From assembly GCA_023140215.1 (NCBI GenBank), contig JAGLMC010000048.1:379-64378 (forward strand): a stretch of 64,000 nucleotides of DNA, in the 5' to 3' direction. Source of the stretch: Alphaproteobacteria bacterium. GTDB taxonomy: Bacteria > Pseudomonadota > Alphaproteobacteria > Micavibrionales > Micavibrionaceae. The notes under the pieces are model-generated. The model saw only the letters and a program-made list of their open reading frames with translations. It had not been told where the DNA came from and did no database searches. Position numbers and translations under genes: made by a program. Below are positions 44,284-54,067 of this stretch, one piece after another (position 1 is the stretch's first letter; every line of letters starts with the position of its first letter).

Positions 44284-47022
44284 TCAAATGGAAGAAGTAT
44301 TTTGTATTTTGCCATGACAATGCTTGAATTTTTTTCCTGATCCACAAGGGCATGGGCTATTACGTGGAACTTTCCCCCATGTTGTTGAATCATTTTTATC
44401 AAAGGCTCTTTTTTGAGGCATAGGTTGAACATTACTTTTAGGTTTTTGTTCGGGTTGCATGTTTGTGCCAGCGAGAGCAGGGTCTTGACGTGTTTTTTGA
44501 TAATTCGTGTCATCAGGCATTGTCAGTCCGATATATCCGTCCTGCATGCTAAGTTCTACAATACTGAGCATTTGAGTAATGCCCTCGCGTATCTGGTTTA
44601 GCATTATTTCAAACATTGCGAATGCTTCGGTTTTATATTCATTCAGAGGATCACGCTGGCCAAATGCGCGTAAATTAATTCCTTGGCGTAAATGGTCGAG
44701 ATTTAACAAATGTTCTTTCCAGTGTTGGTCAAGAATGCGAAGCACAACAGATTTTTCAACGCTTGCCCAGATTTCAGCGCCATTGTTGGCAGCTTTGGCA
44801 GCCATTTTCTTATCAGAAGAATCAATAATGCGCTCAAGCATTTCAGAATCAGCAATGCCTTCTTCTTTAGCCCAATCATCAACAGGAATATCCATAGCAA
44901 GAAGTCGTATAATTTCTTTATTTAGAGATTCAATATCCCATTGATCGCTATAGGAAGATGCTGGAATTTTATTAGCTACCATGTCTTCTATAACTTCGTA
45001 GCGCATATCTTTAGTTAATTCACAAATGTTTTCAGAAGTAATGACTTCTTTGCGTTGTTCATAAATCATTTTGCGCTGGTCATTCATAACATCGTCAAAT
45101 TTAAGAAGATTCTTACGAACTTCAAAATGCATAGACTCAACTTTATTTTGTGCGCGTTCAAGCATTTTGGAAATTAGAGGATGTTCAAGAGCTTCACCTT
45201 TTTTTAGCCCAATGCGTTTATTAGCTAAAAGTGCCTCCAGTTTATCTCCGGCAAAAATGCGCATAAGATCGTCTTCAACGGAAAGGAAAAAGATTGTTGT
45301 CCCCGGATCGCCTTGTCGTCCGGAACGACCGCGTAGCTGGTTATCAATACGGCGAGATTCATGTCGCTCTGTACCAATAACATATAAGCCACCGGCATTG
45401 ATTACTGTTTTTTTATCAGCTTTAATTTCAGCATTTATCTTATCAATAGCTTTTTCTTTTTTGCTATCACTCCAGCTTTCATTAATTTCATCTTTGATTC
45501 GCATATCGGCATTACCGCCGAGTTGAATATCTGTTCCTCGTCCTGCCATGTTGGTAGCAATTGTTATTGCAGCAGGTTTTCCTGCTTGAGAAATGATATT
45601 GGCTTCTTGTTCATGATAACGCGCATTGAGGACTTTATGCTTAATTTTGAGTTTTTTAAGTTGCTTGGAGAGATTCTCAGATTTTTCAATTGAAACTGTT
45701 CCAACTAATATTGGTTGTTTTCGTTCCTGACAATCCTTAATAAGCTCTATAACGGCTTCATCTTTTTCATTTAATGATTTGTAGATTTGATCGTCATAGT
45801 CAATGCGGGTAACAGGAACATTGGTAGGCATTTCAACCACACCAAGCTTGTAAATTTCTTCAAATTCTGCGGCTTCGGTTAGTGCTGTGCCGGTCATTCC
45901 TGAGATTTTGGGATAAAGCCGGAAATAATTCTGGAAGGTGATTGATGCCAGTGTTTGATTTTCTGTTTGTATTTCCACGCCTTCTTTAGCTTCAATGGCT
46001 TGGTGTAAACCTTCTGATAAACGACGGCCATCCATCATTCGTCCGGTGAATTCATCAATAAGCATAACCTTGTTATCTTTGATAATGTAATCCGTATCGC
46101 GGTAGAAAAGTTTATGAGCCCGCAGAGCTTGATTAGCATGATGTACCAAAGAAATATTCTGGATGTCATACATGTTACCTTCGGTAAGTAGTTTGTGTTT
46201 TCTCAATAGCTCTTCAATTTTTTCTGTACCATCTTCAGTCAGAACTACAGTTTTATGTTTTTCTTCTTTTTCGTAATGGCTTTCATCAAGCTCTGGAATA
46301 ATTTTATCAACAGCCGTGTAAAGTTCGGTAGAGCTTTCAGAAGGCCCTGAGATGATAAGTGGAGTTCTTGCTTCATCAATTAGAATCGAATCGACTTCAT
46401 CAATGATGGCAAAATTAAATTCACGTTGTACCATTCTATCAGTGCGCATTCGCATATTGTCGCGTAAATAATCAAAACCAAACTCATTGTTAGTTCCATA
46501 AGTGATGTCTGAATTGTATGCTTTTTGACGTTCTTCATACTCGGTGTTGGCAGTAATACAACCAACGCTTAGATCAAGAAACCTGTAGATTTCTCCCATC
46601 CAGTTTGCATCACGCTGTGCAAGATAATCATTGACTGTGACAATATGGACACCTTTTCCGGAAATTGCATTTAGGTAAGCCGGAAGAGTTGATACCAGAG
46701 TTTTACCTTCTCCAGTTTTCATTTCAGTAATTTCCCCGTGATGCATGGCTAACCCGCCTATAATTTGAACATCATAGTGGCGTTGTTTAAGCGTGCGTTT
46801 GGCAGCTTCACGGACAACAGCAAAAGCTTCGTTTATAAGGTTATCTAAAGGTTCTCCATTATCCAGCCGTTCCCGAAATTTATCTGTCTGAGCGCGAAGC
46901 TCGGAATCTGACATAACCTCATAGGTAGATTCCAGAGCATTGATTGGATCAATATGCTGGCGCAATTTTTTTAGTGTACGCTCATTAGAAGAGCCTATTA
47001 TTTTGGTGAGAAGCCCAAGCAA
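44284..47022 (-). CDS. secA: Preprotein translocase ATPase SecA
   Basis: The SecA pattern runs throughout, and the C-terminal zinc motif [14 protein letters not shown] is present. There is no in-frame ATG near the conserved N-terminus. I set the start at TTG 47022 ([19 protein letters not shown]), with GGAGA 9 nt upstream. Confidence 0.95.
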   Translation of the reverse strand: MLGLLTKIIGSSNERTLKKLRQHIDPINALESTYEVMSDSELRAQTDKFRERLDNGEPLDNLINEAFAVVREAAKRTLKQRHYDVQIIGGLAMHHGEITEMKTGEGKTLVSTLPAYLNAISGKGVHIVTVNDYLAQRDANWMGEIYRFLDLSVGCITANTEYEERQKAYNSDITYGTNNEFGFDYLRDNMRMRTDRMVQREFNFAIIDEVDSILIDEARTPLIISGPSESSTELYTAVDKIIPELDESHYEKEEKHKTVVLTEDGTEKIEELLRKHKLLTEGNMYDIQNISLVHHANQALRAHKLFYRDTDYIIKDNKVMLIDEFTGRMMDGRRLSEGLHQAIEAKEGVEIQTENQTLASITFQNYFRLYPKISGMTGTALTEAAEFEEIYKLGVVEMPTNVPVTRIDYDDQIYKSLNEKDEAVIELIKDCQERKQPILVGTVSIEKSENLSKQLKKLKIKHKVLNARYHEQEANIISQAGKPAAITIATNMAGRGTDIQLGGNADMRIKDEINESWSDSKKEKAIDKINAEIKADKKTVINAGGLYVIGTERHESRRIDNQLRGRSGRQGDPGTTIFFLSVEDDLMRIFAGDKLEALLANKRIGLKKGEALEHPLISKMLERAQNKVESMHFEVRKNLLKFDDVMNDQRKMIYEQRKEVITSENICELTKDMRYEVIEDMVANKIPASSYSDQWDIESLNKEIIRLLAMDIPVDDWAKEEGIADSEMLERIIDSSDKKMAAKAANNGAEIWASVEKSVVLRILDQHWKEHLLNLDHLRQGINLRAFGQRDPLNEYKTEAFAMFEIMLNQIREGITQMLSIVELSMQDGYIGLTMPDDTNYQKTRQDPALAGTNMQPEQKPKSNVQPMPQKRAFDKNDSTTWGKVPRNSPCPCGSGKKFKHCHGKIQNTSSI

Positions 47023-47223
47023 GGTAATACATCTCCATAAAATTAAGTAATAGTGGTGTATATAAGCTATGTCTGTAAGGCTCGTCAACGCTTCTAAATA
47101 CTCTATCTATATTTTGTGCATGTTAAGTGTTGAAAAGCTATTGTCTATTCGTTAGTCTGCAAAGCTAGTTTATTTTATAGTTATAAATTTTAACACATTA
47201 CAGATGACAGGATACCAATAATT

Positions 47224-48210
47224 ATGTTTAATAAAAATGTTTTTCAAACCAGATGTTCCAAAGGCGAATCAGGAAATGTAGTTATTATTGTTCTTGTAGT
47301 TCTGGTTGTTATTGCTGTTGGTGCTTTGACTTATATGTCAGGACAAAGAAATGGAGAGCAACAACAAGAAACTTCCATTGCGGAATTAAAAGAACAGAGT
47401 GTTGATAAAAAGCAGCCGCCTTCATTTGAAATAAAACCGGGGAATCCGGTTGTAGCAAAAGTATGTGATAAAGAGATATCACGTCTTGATGTTTTTAATT
47501 ATATTCAGACACTTCCGGCAAATACACGCCAAATGCCTATAGAACAGCTTTTTTCTGTGGCAATGGAGCAGATAATTAATTCAACAGTTATTAATAAAAA
47601 AACCGAAGATGTGAATTTGGATAATGATCCTGAGGTTAAAAAACAACTGGCAGTGGTTAAAAATAATATTGTTAGAAACGTATATATTCAAAATAAGGTA
47701 ACAAAACGCATTACAGATGAGCGTTTGAAAGAAGCTTATGATATGTATAAATTACAGTTTCCTGAAGTTGAAGAGGTGAAGGCAAGTCATATTCTTGTAA
47801 AAGAAGAAAAATTGGCAAAAGATATTATCAAGCAGTTAAATGATGGTGATGATTTTGCAGCTCTTGCTAAGAAAAATTCAACAGATGGTACTGCTGTTAA
47901 TGGTGGAGTGCTTGGATATTTTGCAAAGGCTGATGTTGTTCCTCCTTTCGCAGAAGCAGCTTTTTCAACAGAGATTGGTACATATACTTCCGAACCGGTT
48001 AAATCTAAGTTTGGTTATCATGTGATTAAGGTTGAGGAAAAGCGTATTCGTCTGCCTGCTCAATTTAAAGATGTAAAAACGTTGATTGAAGCACAATTGC
48101 GTCAGTTTATGTTAAATCAAATTGTAAAGGAATGGCGCGATGAATTTAAAATTGAGCGTTTTGATATTAATGGCGATGAAATTAAGCCGGTTGATAATGC
48201 TGTAGAATAA
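47224..48210 (+). CDS. Parvulin-type peptidyl-prolyl isomerase (PpiC/SurA-like), membrane-anchored
   Basis: 328 aa with an N-terminal TM segment. The rotamase domain reads KASHILV...GGVLGYF...PFAEAAF...KSKFGYHVIKVEE. Confidence 0.8.
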   Translation: MFNKNVFQTRCSKGESGNVVIIVLVVLVVIAVGALTYMSGQRNGEQQQETSIAELKEQSVDKKQPPSFEIKPGNPVVAKVCDKEISRLDVFNYIQTLPANTRQMPIEQLFSVAMEQIINSTVINKKTEDVNLDNDPEVKKQLAVVKNNIVRNVYIQNKVTKRITDERLKEAYDMYKLQFPEVEEVKASHILVKEEKLAKDIIKQLNDGDDFAALAKKNSTDGTAVNGGVLGYFAKADVVPPFAEAAFSTEIGTYTSEPVKSKFGYHVIKVEEKRIRLPAQFKDVKTLIEAQLRQFMLNQIVKEWRDEFKIERFDINGDEIKPVDNAVE

Positions 48211-48263
48211 GCACAGGAAGCAGAATCAACTGTTAAGTAGTTTTTATTTAAATATTATTAAAA

Positions 48264-48292
48264 AGCCGTGGGTTTATTCTACGGCTTTTTTA
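48264..48292 (+). terminator. Rho-independent terminator after the PPIase gene
   Basis: AGCCGT-gggtttattct-ACGGCT is followed by TTTTTT and preceded by AAAA. Confidence 0.7.
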
Positions 48293-48317
48293 GATGTAAT
48301 TTTAAAGGTGAAATAAA

Positions 48318-48764
48318 GTGAATTGTAAGAAAGTATTAGAAAAGCCTAAACCTGAAGTGTTGAATTTACCAATTATGCTGGTTGCTGCTGCTGCATTGAT
48401 TGATAATGATGGTAAAATACTTTTGGCACAGCGCCCTGAAAATAAGTCTATGGCTGGATTATGGGAGTTTCCCGGAGGTAAGGTTGAAACAGGTGAAATA
48501 CCGGAGTTTGCATTGATGCGTGAATTGGAAGAAGAGCTTGGTATTGAAACTCGTCCAACTTGCTATAGCCCGATTGCCTTTGCCTCACATAGTTATGATG
48601 ATTTTCATCTTTTAATGCCGCTTTTTGCTTGCCGTATGTGGAAAGGCAATATTATAGCTAAAGAACATCAGGATATTAAATGGGTTAGTCCGGTTGATAT
48701 GTATGATTATCCAATGCCTAAAGCTGATATTTCACTAATAGCAATTTTACAAGATTTGCTTTAA
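48318..48764 (+). CDS. mutT: Nudix hydrolase, MutT-type (8-oxo-dGTP diphosphatase)
   Basis: The Nudix box is GLWEFPGGKVETGEIPEFALMRELEEELGI. The track start is GTG 48318. ATG 48375 (MLVAAAALI...) is an equally plausible start. Confidence 0.8.
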   Translation: MNCKKVLEKPKPEVLNLPIMLVAAAALIDNDGKILLAQRPENKSMAGLWEFPGGKVETGEIPEFALMRELEEELGIETRPTCYSPIAFASHSYDDFHLLMPLFACRMWKGNIIAKEHQDIKWVSPVDMYDYPMPKADISLIAILQDLL

Positions 48765-48872
48765 AATTATTTGATTGTTTTTGTGTTTTTGTACAAGGTA
48801 TGAATAATTCATTGTAGAAACCCTGTGCAGATAATGACATAATTATGTGTAGAAATAAGCGGAAACGGCTAC

Positions 48873-49613
48873 ATGTATTGCTCGGTTCATGATTTAAAAG
48901 AATTTTATAATAGCAAACTTGGATGTGTTGTTCAGCGTGTTTTGCAAGAGCGTATTGGTGAGTTTTGGCCGGATCTTCATGGATTGCGAATCGTTGGTAT
49001 AGGTTATGCTATTCCGTATTTGCTAGGAATTTCCACCGATAGTGAGCGTGTCATTAGTATGATGCCTGCGTTACAGGGGGTTCATGCTTGGCCGCAAGAG
49101 GGGAAAAATCTTGTTTGCATGTCGGAAGAGGGGGAGTTACCGCTGGAAACAAATTCTGTTGATCGTGTTTTACTTATTCACAATCTTGAATTTGCAGAGC
49201 TTATTAAGCCAAATTTGCAGGAAGTCTGGCGTATTTTAAAGTCAAATGGGCGATTGCTTGTAGTTGTTCCAAATCGTACAGGTTTATGGACACGCGCAGA
49301 TTGGTCACCGTTTGGACAGGGAACGCCTTATAGTGCATCACAGCTTGAATATTATCTCTATGATAATTTGTTTGTACATGAACGTACAGAAGAGGCTTTG
49401 TTTATGCCTCCGGCTAGGTTTTCTTTAGCATTAAAGTCTGCTGATATTTTTGAGCGTATAGGTCGAAAAATTTCTCCATTTATAGCTGGTGTGCACATGG
49501 TAGAGGTTTCAAAACAATTATATGCAATGCCTCGTAATGGTGAAGGCTCAAAAATACATGCGCGTGATCGTGTGTTTGTACCAAAGCCGATTCCGCAAAA
49601 TTATAAGACTTGA
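48873..49613 (+). CDS. Class I SAM-dependent methyltransferase-like protein
   Basis: 246 aa. VDRVLLIHNLEF...EVWRILKSNGRLLVVVPNR resembles the Methyltransf_11 post-I/II region. Motif I is weak (RIVGIGYA). Confidence 0.6.
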   Translation: MYCSVHDLKEFYNSKLGCVVQRVLQERIGEFWPDLHGLRIVGIGYAIPYLLGISTDSERVISMMPALQGVHAWPQEGKNLVCMSEEGELPLETNSVDRVLLIHNLEFAELIKPNLQEVWRILKSNGRLLVVVPNRTGLWTRADWSPFGQGTPYSASQLEYYLYDNLFVHERTEEALFMPPARFSLALKSADIFERIGRKISPFIAGVHMVEVSKQLYAMPRNGEGSKIHARDRVFVPKPIPQNYKT

Positions 49614-49657
49614 AATGAATGGGGATACATTAAATCAATGTGTTTCTGATTGATAAT

Positions 49658-50716
49658 CTATGATTTTAGCCCCAAAGGATCATCTTTGTTTACATCATTC
49701 ATAAATTGTTTTTTACGGTCTATGTTGGTGATTTGATAAACAAGTCCGATCCAGTTGCTAATAATGGCTCGTCCACTATCGCGCCATGTATTCTCCAGTA
49801 ACGGCTCAAGTGTTTCCTCAGGAAATGACGGTAAGGTTTTCTTTTGTTTAACACTTTGTTTGTATGCCTTCAGTATTTTTTCATTATCTTTGTTAAAATA
49901 ATATTGAGGAAATGGTGGATATTTTTTACGTTCTCCGTCAGCATAAAGTGCAACTTCGCGTTTATATTCTTTGAGTAAACTAACGGTGTCATATTCTGGA
50001 TGCCCTTGAAAACAGATAATGCGAAAGCCATCGGCACTCGTTGCTATATGTACGCCTGATTTTTCTCCTGCTACTAGAATTTTCATCTTAGCTTTTTCAA
50101 ATTGTTTGCTTGTAATAGTGTTATTTCTTGAATGAGGAACATCAAAGATTGTGTTCATACCTTTAACTAGAGGATGGTATCTATCTAAAACTCTGTGTTT
50201 GTATACACCCCATAATTTATTTTTCATTAAATGACGTTTTTGATTATTATGAAATTCCATATAAGCGTGTGTAGCCAAACAAGAGCAAATTGTTGAGGCG
50301 ATATTATTATACGACCAGTCGAGAACTTCTTGCAGCGGTTTCCAAAATGCATTTTTAGTCAAGTCAGGATCAATAACATTAGCTCCGGTAATGATAAGAG
50401 CATCAAGACCTTCTTTTTTAATATTTTCAAAGCTTTCATAATGTTCTTTGATATATGCTTTAGTTTCTTTTCCACGCTCCAGTTCAGGCAATGTAAATGG
50501 ATGAACATATATCTGTGCAATTTTGTTACTTTCCCCTATAAGGCGAAGAAATTGGCGTTCTGTAGCTTGTAGAGCAGAATCCGGCATCATGTTAAGCAGA
50601 CCTATATGAAGTTCGCGAATATCCTGCGTTATAGCACGGCCTTCTTGCAAAATTGTGTAACCTTCATCGGCAAGTCGGGCAAAGCTTGGTAATTTATTAT
50701 GAGCAATAAGAGGCAT
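49658..50716 (-). CDS. metA: Homoserine O-acyltransferase, MetA family
   Basis: 352 aa. IRELHIGLLNMMPD, ALIITGA, CLATHA-type Cys region and HSR follow the MetA pattern. Confidence 0.85.
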   Translation of the reverse strand: MPLIAHNKLPSFARLADEGYTILQEGRAITQDIRELHIGLLNMMPDSALQATERQFLRLIGESNKIAQIYVHPFTLPELERGKETKAYIKEHYESFENIKKEGLDALIITGANVIDPDLTKNAFWKPLQEVLDWSYNNIASTICSCLATHAYMEFHNNQKRHLMKNKLWGVYKHRVLDRYHPLVKGMNTIFDVPHSRNNTITSKQFEKAKMKILVAGEKSGVHIATSADGFRIICFQGHPEYDTVSLLKEYKREVALYADGERKKYPPFPQYYFNKDNEKILKAYKQSVKQKKTLPSFPEETLEPLLENTWRDSGRAIISNWIGLVYQITNIDRKKQFMNDVNKDDPLGLKS

Positions 50717-50819
50717 TTATATTAAAATCTTTTTGTATGGTTTGATTTATTACAGTCTTACCTGTAAGACCTTATAGTCTAAATAGTCTAAAACAAAGCC
50801 ATTAGTCTAGGATTACACA

Positions 50820-51740
50820 ATGTCAAAGACGCTTGATAACGCACGAAAGAAAATAGATACGCTTGATAATAAAATCCATGATTTACTTATGGAGCGTGCT
50901 GAGCTTATCGTTGGTATAGCTGAGGAGAAGCGTAAGAATAATTTACAATTTGTACATCCTGCGCGTGAAGCAATGATGATACGGCGTTTGTTAGCGCGCC
51001 ATAAGGGTGCATTACCGACAGCGGCGATTGTTCGCATTTGGCGGGAGCTTGTAGGTGCTATTTCTCTCATGCAAACAGGATTAAAGGTTGTTGTAGCATT
51101 AGAGGATGGATCAACTGATGAATGGGATATGGCTAAGAATTATTTTGGTAGCGTTGTACCGATGCAAAAATCTTCCAGTTCTTTAGCTGCTCTTGCTTTA
51201 TTACGTGAAGATGAGGCTTCTTTTGCCGTTTTACCTTGGCCACATGATGGCGATGAAAATCCGTGGTGGACATATTTATCCAATCATGAAAATAGAAAAA
51301 TTCAAATTGTATGCGCATTGCCTTACGGTGTTGCGAAAGGAGATCAATTAAGCTTGGAAGATAAAGCTTTGGTGCTTTCAAAGGATTCATGTTTTTCATC
51401 TGGAGAAGATAATAGCTTTTTGATCTTGGATATAGATCATAGCGCAAGTCGTGCGCGTATTGTTGAAGCATTTAAGGAATTAGATTTTAATCCTGTTGCC
51501 GTGTATACAAAAAGTGGTGCAGAGTTAGGTATACAAAGCATGCATATGATTGAAGTTAATGATTATATAGCTGAAGATGATGAGCGTTTAAGAAAGCTGG
51601 AAAGTAAATTTACAGATCAAGAGGCGGTTTGTCGCGTTGTAGGGGCTTATCCGGTTCCTCCTGTATATCAAAAATCTGAGGCTGAAATAAATGCACAGAT
51701 AACTCCTTTACGCGTACAAACTTCAAAAACAGGAATATAA
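50820..51740 (+). CDS. Chorismate mutase domain protein (N-terminal CM_2 plus C-terminal uncharacterised/ACT-like region)
   Basis: 306 aa. The N-terminus LDNARKKIDTLDNKIHDLLMERAELIVGIAEEKR is AroQ-class chorismate mutase. It lies directly upstream of the prephenate/arogenate dehydrogenase gene. Confidence 0.7.
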   Translation: MSKTLDNARKKIDTLDNKIHDLLMERAELIVGIAEEKRKNNLQFVHPAREAMMIRRLLARHKGALPTAAIVRIWRELVGAISLMQTGLKVVVALEDGSTDEWDMAKNYFGSVVPMQKSSSSLAALALLREDEASFAVLPWPHDGDENPWWTYLSNHENRKIQIVCALPYGVAKGDQLSLEDKALVLSKDSCFSSGEDNSFLILDIDHSASRARIVEAFKELDFNPVAVYTKSGAELGIQSMHMIEVNDYIAEDDERLRKLESKFTDQEAVCRVVGAYPVPPVYQKSEAEINAQITPLRVQTSKTGI

Positions 51741-51750
51741 ATTAAACGCA

Positions 51751-52704
51751 ATGTTTGAAAAAATTACAATTATAGGCATTGGCCTTATTGGTTCTTCATT
51801 GATACATGGTATTCGTAAGGCTGGTCTTGCGAAGAAGATTATAGCTGCTGATATTGATTCGGGTGTTTGTGAGACAGTTAAGAAGCTTGAAATTGCTGAT
51901 GCTGTAATGACAGATATTCGTCAAAGTGTTGTTGGTAGTGATCTTGTGATTCTCAGTATTCCTGTAGGTGCGTACGCGAGCGTAGGGGAACAGATATCCC
52001 CAACATTAAAGGCAGGAGCTATTGTAACGGATGCAGGTTCTGTAAAACAATCAATCATTGATGTTTTTTTACCTTTAATGCCGGATAGTGTGCAATTTGT
52101 TCCGGGTCATCCGATTGCAGGGACAGAATACTCTGGGCCGGAATCAGGCTTTGCAGAATTATTTGAGGGACGTTGGTGTATTTTGACACCGCTGCCTAAT
52201 ACAAACATAAAGGCAGTAGAGCAAGTAACAAAACTTTGGGAGACTTTAGGCTCACAGATTGAAATTATGAATCCAAAGCATCATGATTTAGTGCTAGGGA
52301 TTACATCTCATTTACCGCATTTGATTGCATATACAATTGTTGGAACTGCTGAGGATTTGGAAGATGATATAATGTCTGAGGTGATTAAGTTTTCTGCCAG
52401 TGGTTTTCGTGATTTTACTCGTATAGCTTCTTCTGATCCTGTTATGTGGCGTGATGTTTTTCTTAATAATCGAGACGCTGTTTTGGAGATTTTACAAAGA
52501 TTTACAGAAGATTTGACGGCAGTGCAAAGGGCTATTCGTCGAGGTGATGGACAATTTTTGTTTGATACTTTTTCACGCACACGACATATACGCCGTGAAA
52601 TTATTGAGCAGGGACAAGCTGATTATAAAGCTCCGGGTGGAGTTATTCAGGAAGGAACGCCACCGGTAGAGGCCCTGCATACAAAGTCCGTCCGCGTTGA
52701 GTAA
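51751..52704 (+). CDS. tyrC: Prephenate/arogenate dehydrogenase
   Basis: 317 aa. ITIIGIGLIGSS is the NAD-binding GxGxxG motif. GHPIAGTE is also present. Confidence 0.85.
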   Translation: MFEKITIIGIGLIGSSLIHGIRKAGLAKKIIAADIDSGVCETVKKLEIADAVMTDIRQSVVGSDLVILSIPVGAYASVGEQISPTLKAGAIVTDAGSVKQSIIDVFLPLMPDSVQFVPGHPIAGTEYSGPESGFAELFEGRWCILTPLPNTNIKAVEQVTKLWETLGSQIEIMNPKHHDLVLGITSHLPHLIAYTIVGTAEDLEDDIMSEVIKFSASGFRDFTRIASSDPVMWRDVFLNNRDAVLEILQRFTEDLTAVQRAIRRGDGQFLFDTFSRTRHIRREIIEQGQADYKAPGGVIQEGTPPVEALHTKSVRVE

Positions 52705-54067
52705 TTGGCACGCGAACTATATTATCTTTATCCATTAAGGTTGCAAAGCCCGCTCCTATAAAAAGAGCTATGTGTGGTTTAATAATTTCTTTCTTTGCTA
52801 ATGTACCAAGTAGATTTTGATGATTTTCAATGGTCATCATTAGATCAAAAATCTGGATAGATTTTTGACTAGTATCAATCTTTCCTTTAATAGCTCCCGT
52901 AGAATCACCATATTTTACAGAGCTGCTTATGATATCAATAACATCATTTTTATAAGTAAAGAGTGCTTGCATATCTTCAAGCACAAGCGGAACTTTCCAT
53001 TTTATATGATGAAAAGTCAGTTGATCGCCCTTAAGTTTAATTGGTGTAAACGGGATAGGCCATCCTTCAGCATGAAGGTTCTGTATTTTTAAAGTCCCTT
53101 CATCTGTTTGAATAGTTTGTTTTAATACATCAAGGTTAATTTTACCGGGAAAGCCGGAAATAACAGGAATATCCGTATTTTGAATATAAGATATTTTTTG
53201 TATGTTTTTGATATAGTTATTTTTAATGTCATCGGCGATTTTAAACCATGTAAGACTATAAAGAACGGATAGAATGAATAATATACCAAGCCACAAAAGA
53301 GCAGACTTTTTGTTTTTTTGTCCTTCAGCAGCGTTGATTTGTGCTTCATTCATAAGACGACTTGATTCATTTTCAATCTTTTTTTCTAATTCTGACATAA
53401 GGTCTTTCCTGCTTTTCCCCGGTTCAATAGGGGAAAGAAATTCAAAAATAATAGTACCGGAACTTTTAAGCCATCCAGACCTCGGCCAAAATATGCCGGA
53501 GTTAAGTGCAAGAGGTATAATAGGAAGATTTGTAGTATCTTGAATACGTGCAATGCCCGGCTTATATGGTTTATCCAGCGTTGATTGTTCAGGGCGCACA
53601 CGAGTACCTTGTGGAAAAATTATGATTGGGCGACCTTGCTTTACAACACGATGTGCCCCTTCTTCTATGGATATAAGAGCGCGCTCAGGTGTTTTGCGAT
53701 CAATAGAAATTACGTCACTTTTCTTGAGATACATACCCCAAAGAGGAATACGCAGTAGTTCTTTTTTCAGGATAATAGCCGGATTATCAAATAATATATG
53801 AAGCTTGAAAGTCTCATATGCTGATTGATGTTTGGCAGCAACAAGATATGATCCTGTCTTTGGAAGATTTTCCAGTCCGCGTACTTCATAGGTCAGGCCA
53901 AGTATGTTTTTTTCTAATATAGTGACTATATGAATCCAGAATTTTATAGCTCCAATAAACCATGATTGCGGTAAGAAAAGTAAAGGTATGCAAATAATGC
54001 AAATAATGGCTGTGACAAAGAAAAAGGATAAATTAAATATAGTTGACGCTATTAATTCTCGTTTCAT
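52643..54067 (-). CDS. plsC: Lysophospholipid (1-acyl-G3P) acyltransferase fused to a C-terminal membrane-anchored domain of unknown function
   Basis: 474 aa. The N-terminal ~250 aa carry AAKHQSAYETF (HX4D/E-type box) and IFPQGTR. A TM segment (LLWLGILFILSVLYSLTWF) follows, then ~200 aa containing ISGFPGKINLDV, which is reminiscent of DUF2125. Confidence 0.8.
   Translation of the reverse strand: MKRELIASTIFNLSFFFVTAIICIICIPLLFLPQSWFIGAIKFWIHIVTILEKNILGLTYEVRGLENLPKTGSYLVAAKHQSAYETFKLHILFDNPAIILKKELLRIPLWGMYLKKSDVISIDRKTPERALISIEEGAHRVVKQGRPIIIFPQGTRVRPEQSTLDKPYKPGIARIQDTTNLPIIPLALNSGIFWPRSGWLKSSGTIIFEFLSPIEPGKSRKDLMSELEKKIENESSRLMNEAQINAAEGQKNKKSALLWLGILFILSVLYSLTWFKIADDIKNNYIKNIQKISYIQNTDIPVISGFPGKINLDVLKQTIQTDEGTLKIQNLHAEGWPIPFTPIKLKGDQLTFHHIKWKVPLVLEDMQALFTYKNDVIDIISSSVKYGDSTGAIKGKIDTSQKSIQIFDLMMTIENHQNLLGTLAKKEIIKPHIALFIGAGFATLMDKDNIVRVPITQRGRTLYAGPLPVAFLPE

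Noticed and set aside
44274-44513. A 79-aa ORF (44274..44513, minus) and several 60-150-aa ORFs overlap secA.
   Set aside because: They are alternative-frame shadows inside a gene with an unambiguous SecA match, and none has start signals or recognisable motifs.
50717-50819. I looked for a SAM-II (metA-type) riboswitch upstream of metA.
   Set aside because: The ~100-nt leader lacks the conserved AAAGCU-containing pseudoknot pattern I would expect. Only a simple hairpin and TAGTCTA repeats are present. A covariance-model scan would be needed to exclude it formally.
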